Positions 51,062 through 64,000 of a DNA stretch of 64,000 bases are shown in pieces. How positions within the stretch are numbered: position 1 is the first letter of the stretch; every line of letters begins with the position of its first letter. The stretch is from NCBI GenBank assembly GCA_004022145.1, contig RCNU01000003.1; one strand, written 5' to 3'. The notes under the pieces were generated by a model, which ran no database searches, was not told the origin of the DNA, and worked only from the letters and a program-made list of their open reading frames with translations. The translations under genes and the position numbers were made by a program. The DNA comes from Paecilomyces variotii (taxonomy: Eukaryota).

Positions 51062-52557
51062 CTAGACAAAGGCCCTGCCTCTCTTTACGGGACTGGGGGT
51101 GCGCAAGTGATTCTCTCTCGAGCGGCTCCTTTCCGTCACGAATTTTGATGGACGCGAATCCTCGAGCAGTAGAGGCTGCTCCTCATTCTCCTCCAGACTC
51201 TGCTGCGGGCGAATCGGGCTGCTTTGCACTGGGACTTGAGCCTGACCGGGCTGACCGAAGTAGCCAAACCCGGGAGTGCCCGGATATTGAAGCTGTTGCG
51301 GATGCGCTGGGTGAGCGTGTTGACCGGCGGGTTGTCCATGTAGAGTGGGATGGGCTTGGGCGTAATCCTGCTGGTTGAGGCGGTTTCTAAATGACCTAAA
51401 GGACCAGTTGCTGACGACGGTAACGGTCGAGATGGTCGCTAAGAAACAGAGCTAGATCATCGTTAGTTCTTACGGTGTGAAGTACAACGAGTGGAGAGAG
51501 AGGTCGTACTATAGCCTTCCAGCTGATGGGATCGATGAAACTGTTGATGATGATGGCCATGGTATGGGCTGACACCTTCGCTCGTCCCACCTTGGCTGGG
51601 TCTCGGTTCATGCATCGCTCCCAGTTATCACACACAGTCTCGAGAGCTGGTAATCGATCACCTCCGGCGCATTTGTTATCAACGTAGTTCTTGGCGCACG
51701 TTGCCATCTCTGCTAGGATGCCATCTGACACTTCCTCCGCAGCTTGATCGAATTCGGCGCGAATGGCAGACACGAAAGCGAACACAACGTAGACTGCCAG
51801 GGAGAAAAGAGACAGGTTGACGACTAGTTGTGCCCACCATGAAAGGATACTTGGCACATTGGGGTGCGCCTCAAGCAGGGCGAAAAAGTCGCCAAAGGAG
51901 GAGAGTCGAGAGGGTTGTTTTTGCCCCTTCACGGTTTTCCCCTCACTACTGCTCGGCCTGTCGCTGTCATCATCCTCAACTTCCATCCTAAGCCGTCTAT
52001 CAAGGTCTCTATCTCTCCGTCGCCTCTTCTGTACACGTCTCGCGAGCGCATTCGAGTAGTGGTTCAGACGCGGGATCTCTCCTCGCCCTGGGCTGGGCGC
52101 AAACCGGCCATACAATCCAAACAACGAGTTGCGCTTATCCGACTTCGCAGGCTTCTCCGGAGTCTCATCATTGTCTGCATTTTCTGGTGACGACATCTCT
52201 GCGCCTGAGGAGAAATCCAGATCGAATTTGCGAGGAGTGGTGAAGGAGGGCTTGCCAAAGACGGCTTTCGGCGTGGAAGGAAGTTGCTGTGACGTCGGTT
52301 GGGAGAAGAGGAAGGGCTGTGAATTTGGCTCTCGTAGCGAAGGCATCGACCTTTTCGTGGGAGAATCAAATATGCTATGAGGCCCTAGCTTAGATATCAG
52401 TTTGGCGATCTGGAGTCCGCCAGGGTTCGGGGCATCACCCACTCTTCTTTTGATTATCGTGCTGCATGCTGAGCTGGTAGAACGGCGATGTCACGTCTCC
52501 GGGGGCTTTAGACTGCCATTCAAAGTCCATTGGACTCTCCGTCGTCCGTTTGTCCAT
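51062..52557 (-). CDS. BRL1: Nuclear envelope protein Brl1/Brr6 family, 2 introns
   Basis: MDKRTTESPMDFEWQ start. Brr6-like domain with Cys pattern MATCAKNYVDNKC...LETVCDNWERCMNRDP...NSFIDPISWK flanked by TM helices. Confidence 0.9.
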
Positions 52558-53507
52558 GGCTGTGATGATGGTGATTGGAGTAGTGTTGTGTTGATCGAAG
52601 CCAGGGAGTCCGCTGCGGGCAATTTTGTTTGGCCGTAAACAACAATTGTCGCCGCCCGGGCCGATCCAGACCCTGAACGGTTCTCCGCCAGCCCTATGGA
52701 GGCTCTTAATTCTTAAAGCTTCTCTCCCGCACCCCATATTATTTTGACACCATGAGTCCATTCTTGATCAGCGGTTGATTCTCTCTCATGAGTAGTATTG
52801 ACTTCCATTGTGGGCTAATTGGCGCCGCATTCTATCTTCTGAGCCATTTGATGCATGCTGCTGCGTCTTACACCGTGTGCCATCCGGTAGCAAGCCCGGT
52901 TACGGATTGTGTCTATACTACCATGTGTTTGCCAGCTGAAAGCAGATATGCAAGCATCGCTTTGACAGGTGACAGTTGAACTAGGAGAGCAGAAACTAGT
53001 TTTTGAGAGTTTCTCCTGTGTGGGAGAACTGCAGAAACTATTCGCAAATCCGCACGCTAGGCGGCGACTGCATGGCCGATCGGTTCCCGGGCACAAGTGA
53101 TCCACGTCAGTTTCAACCTCCACCCCAACGAGTTCTGGAAAAGGCTCTGGATTCAGATGTATTAATTCTCAGAAAGATAATGATATTCGGCTAATTACAA
53201 AGGGCATATGTCTGGTAACGTTGGTCATCAAAACGAACGTGAAAGCCGTCACCGAAACGGTCCCTGTCCAATCTAATCTTGTCCTACAGGCTCAAGTCCT
53301 CGAAGAGCGGCGTTCTTCTCGTGACGCCAGATAAACAAACCCTTCCCTGATCGAATAAAGCGAGCGAACCATGAAGCTCTAAAAGTGTCGCGGATAATGC
53401 AAAGACACCGAATCCAAACTCCTCCCGCGCTGCGGTGGTATCATCGTAATGGGTATGCAGACTTGAAGACGGAAAGAAATACAACGCAACGCAATCGTCA
53501 TGGGCGT

Positions 53508-54105
53508 TCAGATATCGACATGGTCGACAAGCTCGAAGTCGTCATCGTCGGCGGTGTAGCCAGCGCTAGACTCGCTCTCCCTCGACACGAATTCGTACTC
53601 CTTGACAAGTTTCTCCGTCTCCTTTGTCTCAAACTTCTCGACCGCTTTGGAGATGGCGTCGGAAAGGATGGTCTGACCAGAGGCTTCATAAGACACTAGA
53701 AGATCGTCCTCCTGTTCGTCCAGGCCGGTCTCAGCGGCGGTGGGCTCGTGGGTCTCCTCGTCGGTGGATGAGTCAGAGTGCCCCTGATCCAGGACCTCGT
53801 TGACATCGTAGCGGAAAGCGGTCTTCGCGCCACGGGCCAGCTGGTTGAGGTTATGCTGGTGGTCTCTCTTTTCGAGGCGGTGTGATCTGAACTCGTCAGC
53901 TTTGTTCTCTGCATGGGATGTTGGGATCTTACCTCATCCAGTGAGTTTCCGGAAGGGCAGGTCGAAGAGGGACAACTGCCTGAGTCTGGCTTCGAGGAAG
54001 ATTGGCGCGAGCCCCATATGCCCACTTGGCCTTGTGGTCATGATCACGCTTGACCTCTTTGCCCGCACGGCGCAGGTCACCGGCCGCAAACGTCTCGGTT
54101 GCCAT
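53508..54105 (-). CDS. Hypothetical fungal protein, 1 intron
   Basis: Exon 1 MATETFAAG...HWMR splices in frame (GTAAG...GCTGAC...CAG) to SHRLEKR...[31 protein letters not shown]...DDFELV. Coding-like codon bias. Confidence 0.7.
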
Positions 54106-56309
54106 GATGGATATGAACACAGAGATGATAGAAGGTTGTATGAATATCGTAGATGAGAAGAGTTATGGCAAGAGCCAGCGGAGGTGTAGACCCGACTTAA
54201 GGCGATACGGAACAATGGTTCTTGAGTTGCCAGTAGACAGAGGTTCTGGTACCTGGGAAGGTTGCTGCCGGGAGCAGCAGAAGGGACGACAAGGGAGCTA
54301 GAGAGCCGATAACAGGGGCTACGGCATCGATATCAATAGGGAAACAGTGAATGAGAAAAGAGTGTATTATGGGTTGATTAATAGCGCAACACCATTCCAG
54401 GGGGGGTGAATGAGCCTTGAATGAGCCCGGCGAGCGATATAAGTACCTCTCGGACAGTATGGAGTAATACAACAGGCGGGTAACCGGGGGCCACGCGGAA
54501 CAGAGATTGGAGCAACTCATCCGATCAAGCGTTAACAGCCAGACGCCATCCATGGTTCAACCACGATGGGGATCGTCTCTCCCCTAAGGGCTTATCTCGG
54601 CCTGCTCGCCTCCTCTTCTCTTGTCCTCCGAACATCGCGGACTGATTCGAGTTAGCATCGTTCGTCATCCCGAGGTCGAGACATCCAGGGCCCCGTGGGC
54701 AATCACAACATTCAGCCTCGAGGTTCCAACCGTGGTTTGCACCAAAATGAACCGCTTCCAACGGTTTCCCAGCTTCCCTCTGAATGAGCTCGCGCTCCTC
54801 GTGCTGGATGTCTGCGGATGACTGGGCAGATGGCATCATAGAGCTAAATGGCTCAGGATGGCTCAGGATGACTCAAGCGATGACCGTGGCCGCCGTACTC
54901 ATACTAACTTACTGTACTCTACTATGGTATTATCTATCGGGTCACTCACGGCATTCCTCAGGCTCCCCAGTTGCTCATTATTCATTCTAGTTCTATCTAT
55001 AGAGCTCTCTGCTCCAGGGAATTACCGTCTTCGGAGGTGGGCCAAGCTCGTCCACTCCTTCCGGTCTGTCAACCGCCGCTGGCGTCACAGTTTCAGGCAC
55101 GCGTATCGCTGCTTAGATAGCTGTTCCTCCAACCATGGCATTATGCCTCCAACAGGGCGATGCAAACAGTTAGTCTAGCAACCAGATAATATTCTTGGGG
55201 ATTCTACCATGCTCATACACTGCTGTGTTATTATATTGTCCGTGACATAACCTCCACGATCGCAGTCATTCCATCAAGCTCGGCCCTCGCCGATAAACAG
55301 AGCTCTGCTGATAGGAGGCGCTACGACCCCTCACGCCCGTTGCCTAGGTCCATTCCTCACAGCCATCCTCACCTTGTCTTCTGACCCTCCAGGACCAGTC
55401 ATCTGCGCATCTGCCTGCGCAACAACTTGCCTGTTGACCAGTCTCGCGCAGCTCGTCACGTCGAGCTTACATACCCTGTCGTGCAGCTGTGTGCTGAGAG
55501 TTCCAAAAGTCGCACGCCTTGAGCAACCAGTCCTATAGCTCACAATCATCACCTGCAGTGTACACCCTTCTCCGCACGGCTGTAGCTATGCTAGTTTGCT
55601 CCACTGTTTATCGTGGGGTCAGACCGAGATTGCGCTGTATCTGGACTCCCTGGAGAGATCCAAGACGCGATTCCAAGGCAGCTATCAGTCAGTTAGAATA
55701 CGAATCGAATGAGTAATATGCATGCTTCTGCTCGATAGTCCATTCTGGAATCCCCGTCATCTATCACTTGTGGGGTTAGGTTCGTTGGGGATAATAATGG
55801 GGCAGCTGTATCTACTAACTAGCCTGCTCCTTGAACCTTCCGACATGTAGATAGAGGTACTAATAGATATTACTAGCTGTCTGATTCAATAGTACTCATA
55901 GCTGGGGATCTTCGTCAACCTTGACTGATGCATTTACTCGGCTGGAAGCCATACACAAGAACTAGAAAGCTACCTACAAAGCAAACCTACCTGATACAGA
56001 GCGACACATATACTCCAACATCCATCCAATACAATTTCTAAAGCCAATCGAACACAATCACCACCATCTACAGCACAAAAAAACGTGCAAGTTGAAAACC
56101 GACATAGCAATCAGCCATCACTTACACCACTAATCATAATACAACTATATATCCACACAACAACAGAAAAAAAGAAAAGAAAAAACGATCTTTACAACTT
56201 ACCCAGCATATCCAAATAACGAAAAAGCAAACACCCTTCCTGGAAGAAACTAAAAACAAAAATGATATCTTCCATCTGAAAGACAGAGGAAGATACTTAT
56301 TTAGATAAG

Positions 56310-56381
56310 CGACCGACGCAGGGATCGAACCTGCGATCTCCCGCACCGGAAACGGATGCCTTACCACTAGGCCAGCCGGCC
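56310..56381 (-). tRNA. tRNA-Arg(CCG), intronless
   Basis: GGCCGGC TG GCCTAGTGGTAAGGC A TCCGT TT-CCG-GT GCGGG AGATC GCAGG TTCGATC CCTGC GTCGGTC G folds into a full 72-nt cloverleaf. Confidence 0.95.
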
Positions 56382-56466
56382 GAGCTGTATCATGAATAAG
56401 GGATTTGATGGGGAGTTTGAATATATAAACCTTTCCAGAATATCTTCATGGTAGATCAGGTAGGAA

Positions 56467-56498
56467 GTAGGTAGGTAGGTAGGTAGGTAGGTAGGTAG
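56467..56498. repeat. (GTAG)8 microsatellite
   Basis: Direct reading, between the tRNA and the ATL1 3' end. Confidence 0.9.
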
Positions 56499-56638
56499 AT
56501 ACTAGTTGTCAAGATCTTGTAGATGTTGGAAAGGATACTTGATTTCCATTAGACTCCCTCGATTAGACGGACTTATTCTTAAAATATAATATAATAGTTA
56601 AGAAGAACCAAGTATAAGAAATACAATTATAACCCCCC

Positions 56639-57432
56639 TCATCTACTTCCACTTCCACTTCCATTTACTCCCCCCTCTCCATCTTCACCACTTTCCCCAT
56701 CCTCACTGTCCTCCTCCTCAGTTAAACCCTCCTCACTAGGCAACCGATCCGGAAACCAGCCGTACCTCGCCAAATCCACATACATCTCACCCATAGCGTC
56801 CATATCGACATGAACACCTTCACGACGCAAAGCAGCAGCTTGCCGCGCCGCGCTGCCGGGGCCGCTTTTTCACTCTCAGTTAGCATGGCCATAACCAGAC
56901 CGGGTAAGATACATTCAGAGTAGAAGAGAATAGAAACCGTTTTGGATATAGATGTATCCGAGTGTTTATTATATGAAATAAAAGTAAAAGCAGAAACGCT
57001 TACCGATGAGAAATCATCCCCCTGGCATTCAAGACGCGTTGCCAGGGGACATTGTCTGAGTTATAATAATGTGATGTCTCTGAGTCGTTGTTTGATGGGA
57101 GATGTTTCAGACAGATGCCTACTTGACGGGGTCGTTGGGCTGTAGTATATTTAGAAATGAGAACAGAGTGAGGATGTTAGTCTATGATCTTGATGAATGT
57201 TCATTCGATGTTATTTCATCGGGTATGTTTGGGAATAGGTGTGTTTTGATACAAAAGGCTCGAGAGGAAGGGTATCTACTACTGAATAAATGGTGAGAAT
57301 ATAAGAAACAGACTTACGTTGACCCAGTAAACGCGCGATATGTCCATATGAAGTGACTTTTCCCCGCGGGATCTCCTGGACGGCTGCATACACGGCGTTG
57401 AACCACCACTCCGCCTCATCGGAGCGAGGCAT
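56639..57432 (-). CDS. ATL1: Alkyltransferase-like protein (MGMT DNA-binding family), 2 introns
   Basis: VQEIPRGKVTSYGHIA, PRQVG, active-site-equivalent PWQRV (Trp in place of the Cys of PCHR) and RQAAALRREGV. Confidence 0.9.
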
Positions 57433-57684
57433 CGCTAACTAACTCGACTGCCGAGCGCAATCGATTTGAGAGGTATTCAACAGATCATCTGGCTTAATAA
57501 CAAAAAAGTGGATAGATGAATTTGTGATTGCTTCGATCCCGCATAGTTATGGTATGTACTGCAGCTTCCAACTCCCGCAACAACATTAATCCGGATATCG
57601 ATTGATCGATTGATCCATATCGCGACTTATCAAAACCAAGCTCTCCTCCAGCTTGATCTCCCCCCCTCACACAACCACCCAAAA

Positions 57685-58707
57685 ATGCCATCCTCCTCCT
57701 CCCTCGCAGACTACCTCGCAAAAAACTACCTAACAGCGGACCCCGTCCCCGAACGCCCCAAAAAGAAACGCAAGAAGACAAAACAGCAACCGGACGACGG
57801 AGGACTCATCATTGCAGATGACGACCCGCCTGATCTCCGCACATCTGCAAACACCACTCGAAACGAAGACGAAGATAGTCCATACATCGTAAACTCCGGG
57901 TCAGCGGAGTTTCGACGCGCGAAGAAATCCAGCTGGAAGACCGTCGGCGGGCCGACGTCATCATCAACATCATCATCAGACCAAGCTGCCGCAGATGCGA
58001 TTCTTGCCTCTGCTGCGGCGGAGAGTGCTGCGAGACAGAATGCGAATGAGGATGAAGACGCGCCGACTATTGCGGACGAGGATTATGGTGGTGGGCCTCG
58101 GATGGAGTCTGGGGCGCGCGCGGGTCTACAAACTGCAGAGCAGACGGCTGCGATGATGAAAGCGTTGGAGAGACGGAAGAAGGCTGAGTCAGATGCATAT
58201 CTAAAAGAAGCTGGGAAGAATGCTGCGGGCATGCAGGAGACTATTTACCGTGATGCTTCTGGACGGATTATCAATGTGGCGATGAAACGAGCCGAGGCGC
58301 GGCGCGCAGAGGAAGAGAAGAAGGCCAAGGAAGAAGCTGCAAAAGAAGCATTACTGGGTGATGTGCAGAGACGGGAACGAGAGGCGCGCAAGGAGCAGAT
58401 ACGTGAAGCGCGGGCTATGCCTCTGGCGAGAACCATCGAAGACGAGGCTTTGAATGAGGAGCTCAAGGCGCGAGATCGATGGAACGATCCCGCAGCGCAG
58501 TTTTTGACGTCGAAAAAGGAGGGCGTTTCAGTGAGCGGGAAGCCGCTGTATAAGGGTGCCTTTCAGCCGAATCGGTATGGCATTCGACCGGGCCATCGGT
58601 GGGACGGGGTTGATCGAAGTAATGGCTTTGAGAAGGAGTGGTTCGCCGCGCGGAATCGTAAGGAGAGGATTAGTGCGCTCGAATACCAGTGGCAGATGGA
58701 CGAGTAG
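57685..58707 (+). CDS. BUD13: Pre-mRNA splicing factor Bud13/Cwc26 (RES complex)
   Basis: [12 protein letters not shown]-terminus, [42 protein letters not shown] and YQWQMDE. Confidence 0.95.
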   Translation: MPSSSSLADYLAKNYLTADPVPERPKKKRKKTKQQPDDGGLIIADDDPPDLRTSANTTRNEDEDSPYIVNSGSAEFRRAKKSSWKTVGGPTSSSTSSSDQAAADAILASAAAESAARQNANEDEDAPTIADEDYGGGPRMESGARAGLQTAEQTAAMMKALERRKKAESDAYLKEAGKNAAGMQETIYRDASGRIINVAMKRAEARRAEEEKKAKEEAAKEALLGDVQRREREARKEQIREARAMPLARTIEDEALNEELKARDRWNDPAAQFLTSKKEGVSVSGKPLYKGAFQPNRYGIRPGHRWDGVDRSNGFEKEWFAARNRKERISALEYQWQMDE

Positions 58708-60006
58708 TTATGATATCGAAAGGTCCTACAGCGGAAGGGTTTTAAGCTGCTGGTGTCCTGGTCTAAGATGGGAGAGCCTGCTGCCCTCTATATCGGCGAC
58801 GTCTGCGGTGATATGGATATGTACAATACTTTATATAATCATTATTTACGAAAAAGCCTCGAGATATACAAACTTTTGAAACGAATACTCGAATATCAAG
58901 ATGAAGTTATCCGAAGCTTTTTCAGACAGCTCAAGCACATATCGCGAATCACTCGACAATCCATACCTGCTGCTTATCACAGCAGATGGACTTATGACGT
59001 GAAAACGAGATAAAGAGCTGAATCCGCACATGGGACCGCAATAATACTCTGCCATGATCTAATCAAGGGACGCACTCAGAAAACGAGGGCCAGAGCTTCT
59101 CCCGACCCAGATCCCGTCCCGCGAAGCTACGGTTAATAGTCCCATGGCTCGCTTTATTTGTAACTAACAGTGGCACCAGCATACGCTTTGATTCTCGATT
59201 AGTCTAGACTCCCAAATTACGTTCTCTGTCTGTCCAGCTTACGCTCGGGAGCATCAAGTACAACTACGAGCTTCGTATCAAGCGATTTCTTTCATCATTG
59301 TATTTGCACACAAGCCAAGGCTATCATAGCCAGTGACTGAAAAGATTAGTGCTACCATACTCCCTCAATCGGTAAGAACCCTCTTCCCTGGTAGCAAAAA
59401 AGCCGTAAATGGGAACTCTGTCAGCGGATTGTAATGTAATCCGTATGTTGTTGTTATGATGATGATGACGTGAATGTGTGATGAAACGAATACATCTTTG
59501 AAAATGAGAAAAAAGAGACTCAGACTTCTACTCGTCCGCTACTCTTTCCCTGGGACAGCAAGAAACCGGTAGGGCTTCGGTGTCGGATACAGGTCTCATC
59601 GTAGCAACGGAAAAAAAAAAGACAAGTCATGACAGATGAGGTAGAATCAGAGCGCATGACGTCTGAAAGCTCTAAATGCGAGTGAAGAGAAGAAGCGTCA
59701 AGGTTAGACGGGCAAAGGGGGGTGAGAAAGAGAGACCAGTTGGGAAGAAGACGAGAAAGCAACACGAAAATGTCCGAGTCGGAAAGTATAACGAAAAGAC
59801 CGTCCGATCCAAACAACCATGTTCCAATATCAAGAGACCAACAACAAAAACCGACCGCAGAGAAGCCAGCTGACCGTCCATATCATTCGTAAAGATCGTC
59901 AGTTAACTCAAGTTCCTCCGACATGGCACCATTTGCGCCTTCAGTAAGCAACAACTCGGAACTCGGCACTTTCATCGTGCTTCCCATGGTTACTCTACGT
60001 TCCCAA

Positions 60007-62032
<2,026 letters not shown>

Positions 62033-62238
62033 CCTCCGCCCGTCTGAAAGGGCCAGAGAAGGGAGAGGAGGGGGGAAGGAGAGGTGGTTGAGAGTACCTG
62101 TTGGCGGCAGATGCTTCGCGCGGGTTGTGCGATAATAGTTCTGTTAGGGAGGAGGGGTTCCGTGCAAGTTCAGCCACCGCTTGGTTTCCCGCAGGGGTGG
62201 GCTTGTTTGTCTATCTGTCCGTTGGCGTTGCAGACAGA

Positions 62239-62264
62239 GAGAGGAGAGAGAGAGAGAGAGAGAG
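62239..62264. repeat. (GA)n / purine-rich simple repeat in the SRPK-phosphoesterase intergenic region
   Basis: GAGAGA run. Further GAAGAAAAG, GATT and CT tracts lie at ~62600-62670, ~62740-62755 and ~63210-63226. Confidence 0.8.
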
Positions 62265-63290
62265 GGCGCTTAGTCTGACAAGACAGAGCGACCGGAAAGA
62301 CAGAAAATAATAAGAAGGGGTGTGGTTTTAAAGAGGATGGGAAAAGGAAGCAAGTAAGTAAGTAAGTGAGCTTTTCGTCAAGAGAGGACGGAATCGAACG
62401 ATCACAAGTCAGATGGAGCGCCCAAGTCCGTTAGTTGATTAACGTTTAGTTTCCCAAGAGCGTCTGAGGTCGTGGGCGGGCCGTGATTGGAGATGGATCG
62501 ACCTGGAATGTCCGCGTCCAGAAGCGACCGATGCGGGCGGAAAGAGATGGGAGATGGCAGAGGAAGAGTGAGAAGGGAGGAGGCCGGATTCAAATTCAAG
62601 GAAGAAGGAAGAAAAGGAAGAAAAGGAAGAAAGAAAGAAAGAAGAAGAAGAAAAAAAAAAGAAAAAAGCTGGGATCACGGAAGGGCTGGAAAGGAGAGCC
62701 AGACAGGATAATACGTATGATGACGATAGAGAGAAAGATTGATTGATTGATTGATGGGGTGAATTCAGTATTTGGAGTCATTAAGTTACTACTGACTTGG
62801 ATATGGGATCATTCAATGTGTAATTATGTACTTGTGTAATTGATTGATTAATTAATTAATTGATTTAGTAGTTCCACTAATTTGATTTAATTCAATTTAA
62901 TTAGATTGTTGATGCTTCTGTGATATGCATATTATCCATCTGGCCATGTTATTCTCTATCTGCCTTTCTGTCTCCAAATCGACCCAACGTGATGCTGGAC
63001 CAGCAGAGGATTCGTCCAACCTCTTGCTCCTCTTCATCCACCATCGCGACTATCTATCTATCGACTCTGGCAATGCATTAGATAAATCGTTGATTTCCAT
63101 TCCACTTGAGACTGTCACTTTTCTTTTCTTTCTAGCTGACTATCTCCATTCCATCTCTCTCTCTCTTCCCCGCGGAACTTAGTCTCTCACATCCTCCAAC
63201 CGGTTGAAAGCTCTCTCTCTCTCTCTTTCTTTCCTCTCGGGATCGAGCATCGGGAAAATAAAATAAAATCATCATCCCAGCTCAACCATC

Positions 63291-64000
63291 ATGTCCTCCC
63301 CCTTCGATCCCCGCCCCCGGTTCGACTATCTACTGGCCTCCCCGCTCACGGCCATCCTCCACCCCGTCCACCAGCTCTTCCTCCGCCTCCGAGCACCCCC
63401 GCGGCTGCCTCCTCCCCATGCGCCGCCCATCCGCGTCGTCTGTCTGTCCGATACACACTCGCTCGAATGGGACGATGTGCCCGATGGGGATCTTTTAATC
63501 CATGCCGGCGACCTCTGCAACGACGGCAGCGTGCGCGAGATCCAAGCAGCGGTCGACTGGCTCAAGAAGCTGCCGCATCCGCAGAAGGTGGTCATCTGCG
63601 GCAACCATGATAGCTATTTTGACGTGCGGTCGCGCCGTGATGAGGACCGTGACAAGTCCCTGTCCTCCATCTCCTCGTCCTCAGCCTCGATCCGCTCCAT
63701 CGAGGACCCGGACAGCTCCCGCATCGACTGGGACGGCATTCACTATCTCCAACACTCCTCCGTCACCTTGACCTTCCCGGCATCCTCCTCCTCGTCCGCT
63801 CGATCTCCATCCCGATCCCGCTCCCTCACCGTCTACGGCGCGCCGCAGATCCCCGCCATCGTCCCCTTTGGCCCCGAACATGCCTTCACCTATCCGGCCA
63901 AGCATGACGCCTGGTCAGGCACAATACCCATTGAAACCGACATCCTCGTCACTCACACCCCGCCCGCCTTCCATCTGGACCTCTCCCCCGTCTTCTCGAC
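63291..64000 (+). CDS. Calcineurin-like metallophosphoesterase (MPPED-like), 3' partial
   Basis: ATG at 63291, open to the window end. VVCLSDTH, LIHAGDL, ICGNHD and DILVTHTPP motifs. Confidence 0.92.
   Translation, partial: MSSPFDPRPRFDYLLASPLTAILHPVHQLFLRLRAPPRLPPPHAPPIRVVCLSDTHSLEWDDVPDGDLLIHAGDLCNDGSVREIQAAVDWLKKLPHPQKVVICGNHDSYFDVRSRRDEDRDKSLSSISSSSASIRSIEDPDSSRIDWDGIHYLQHSSVTLTFPASSSSSARSPSRSRSLTVYGAPQIPAIVPFGPEHAFTYPAKHDAWSGTIPIETDILVTHTPPAFHLDLSPVFS

Noticed and set aside
54197-56100. Short ORFs in the 2-kb intergenic gap
   Set aside because: No coding bias, motifs or recognisable ncRNA structure.
57019-57048. CCCCTGGCA...TGCCAGGGG hairpin
   Set aside because: It lies inside the ATL1 exon encoding VPWQRVLNARG and is explicable by codon content.
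62402-62781. K/R/E- and F/S-rich ORFs upstream of SRPK
   Set aside because: These are translations of purine/pyrimidine simple-sequence tracts.

Overview
This is fungal DNA from a filamentous ascomycete, probably Eurotiales: spliced genes with short GT-AG introns and CTRAC branch sites. 1-9 kb holds an M50B-like membrane peptidase (5' partial), a histidine acid phosphatase/phytase, an amino-acid/GABA permease and an aquaporin. 9045-25126 is an extremely AT-rich, ORF-less block that resolves into two nested, RIP-destroyed Ty3/gypsy LTR retrotransposons. The outer element has 98-bp LTRs and a 4-bp TSD (CGAT). The inner chromodomain-bearing element (11118-19529) has 145-bp LTRs and a 5-bp TSD (CTTAA). 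Read through the RIP damage, both appear to carry extra accessory genes beyond gag-pol: an antisense, apparently spliced gene 3' of the outer pol, and in the inner element an antisense ORF upstream of gag plus a sense ORF downstream of pol. These are the most novel-looking features, but they are hand-read inferences. 25-50 kb is an accessory/metabolic zone: FMN-binding NimA/PNPOx-like protein, amidase, Zn2Cys6 TF, NmrA-like protein, amidohydrolase, sedolisin, F-box-like protein, a 10-intron alcohol dehydrogenase, a permease pseudogene and a trehalose-6-phosphate synthase paralog. 51-64 kb is core genes: Brl1/Brr6, a hypothetical protein, tRNA-Arg(CCG), ATL1, BUD13, SRPK and a metallophosphoesterase (3' partial). 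All counts are by hand, and coordinates inside the RIP block are approximate except LTR/TSD boundaries.
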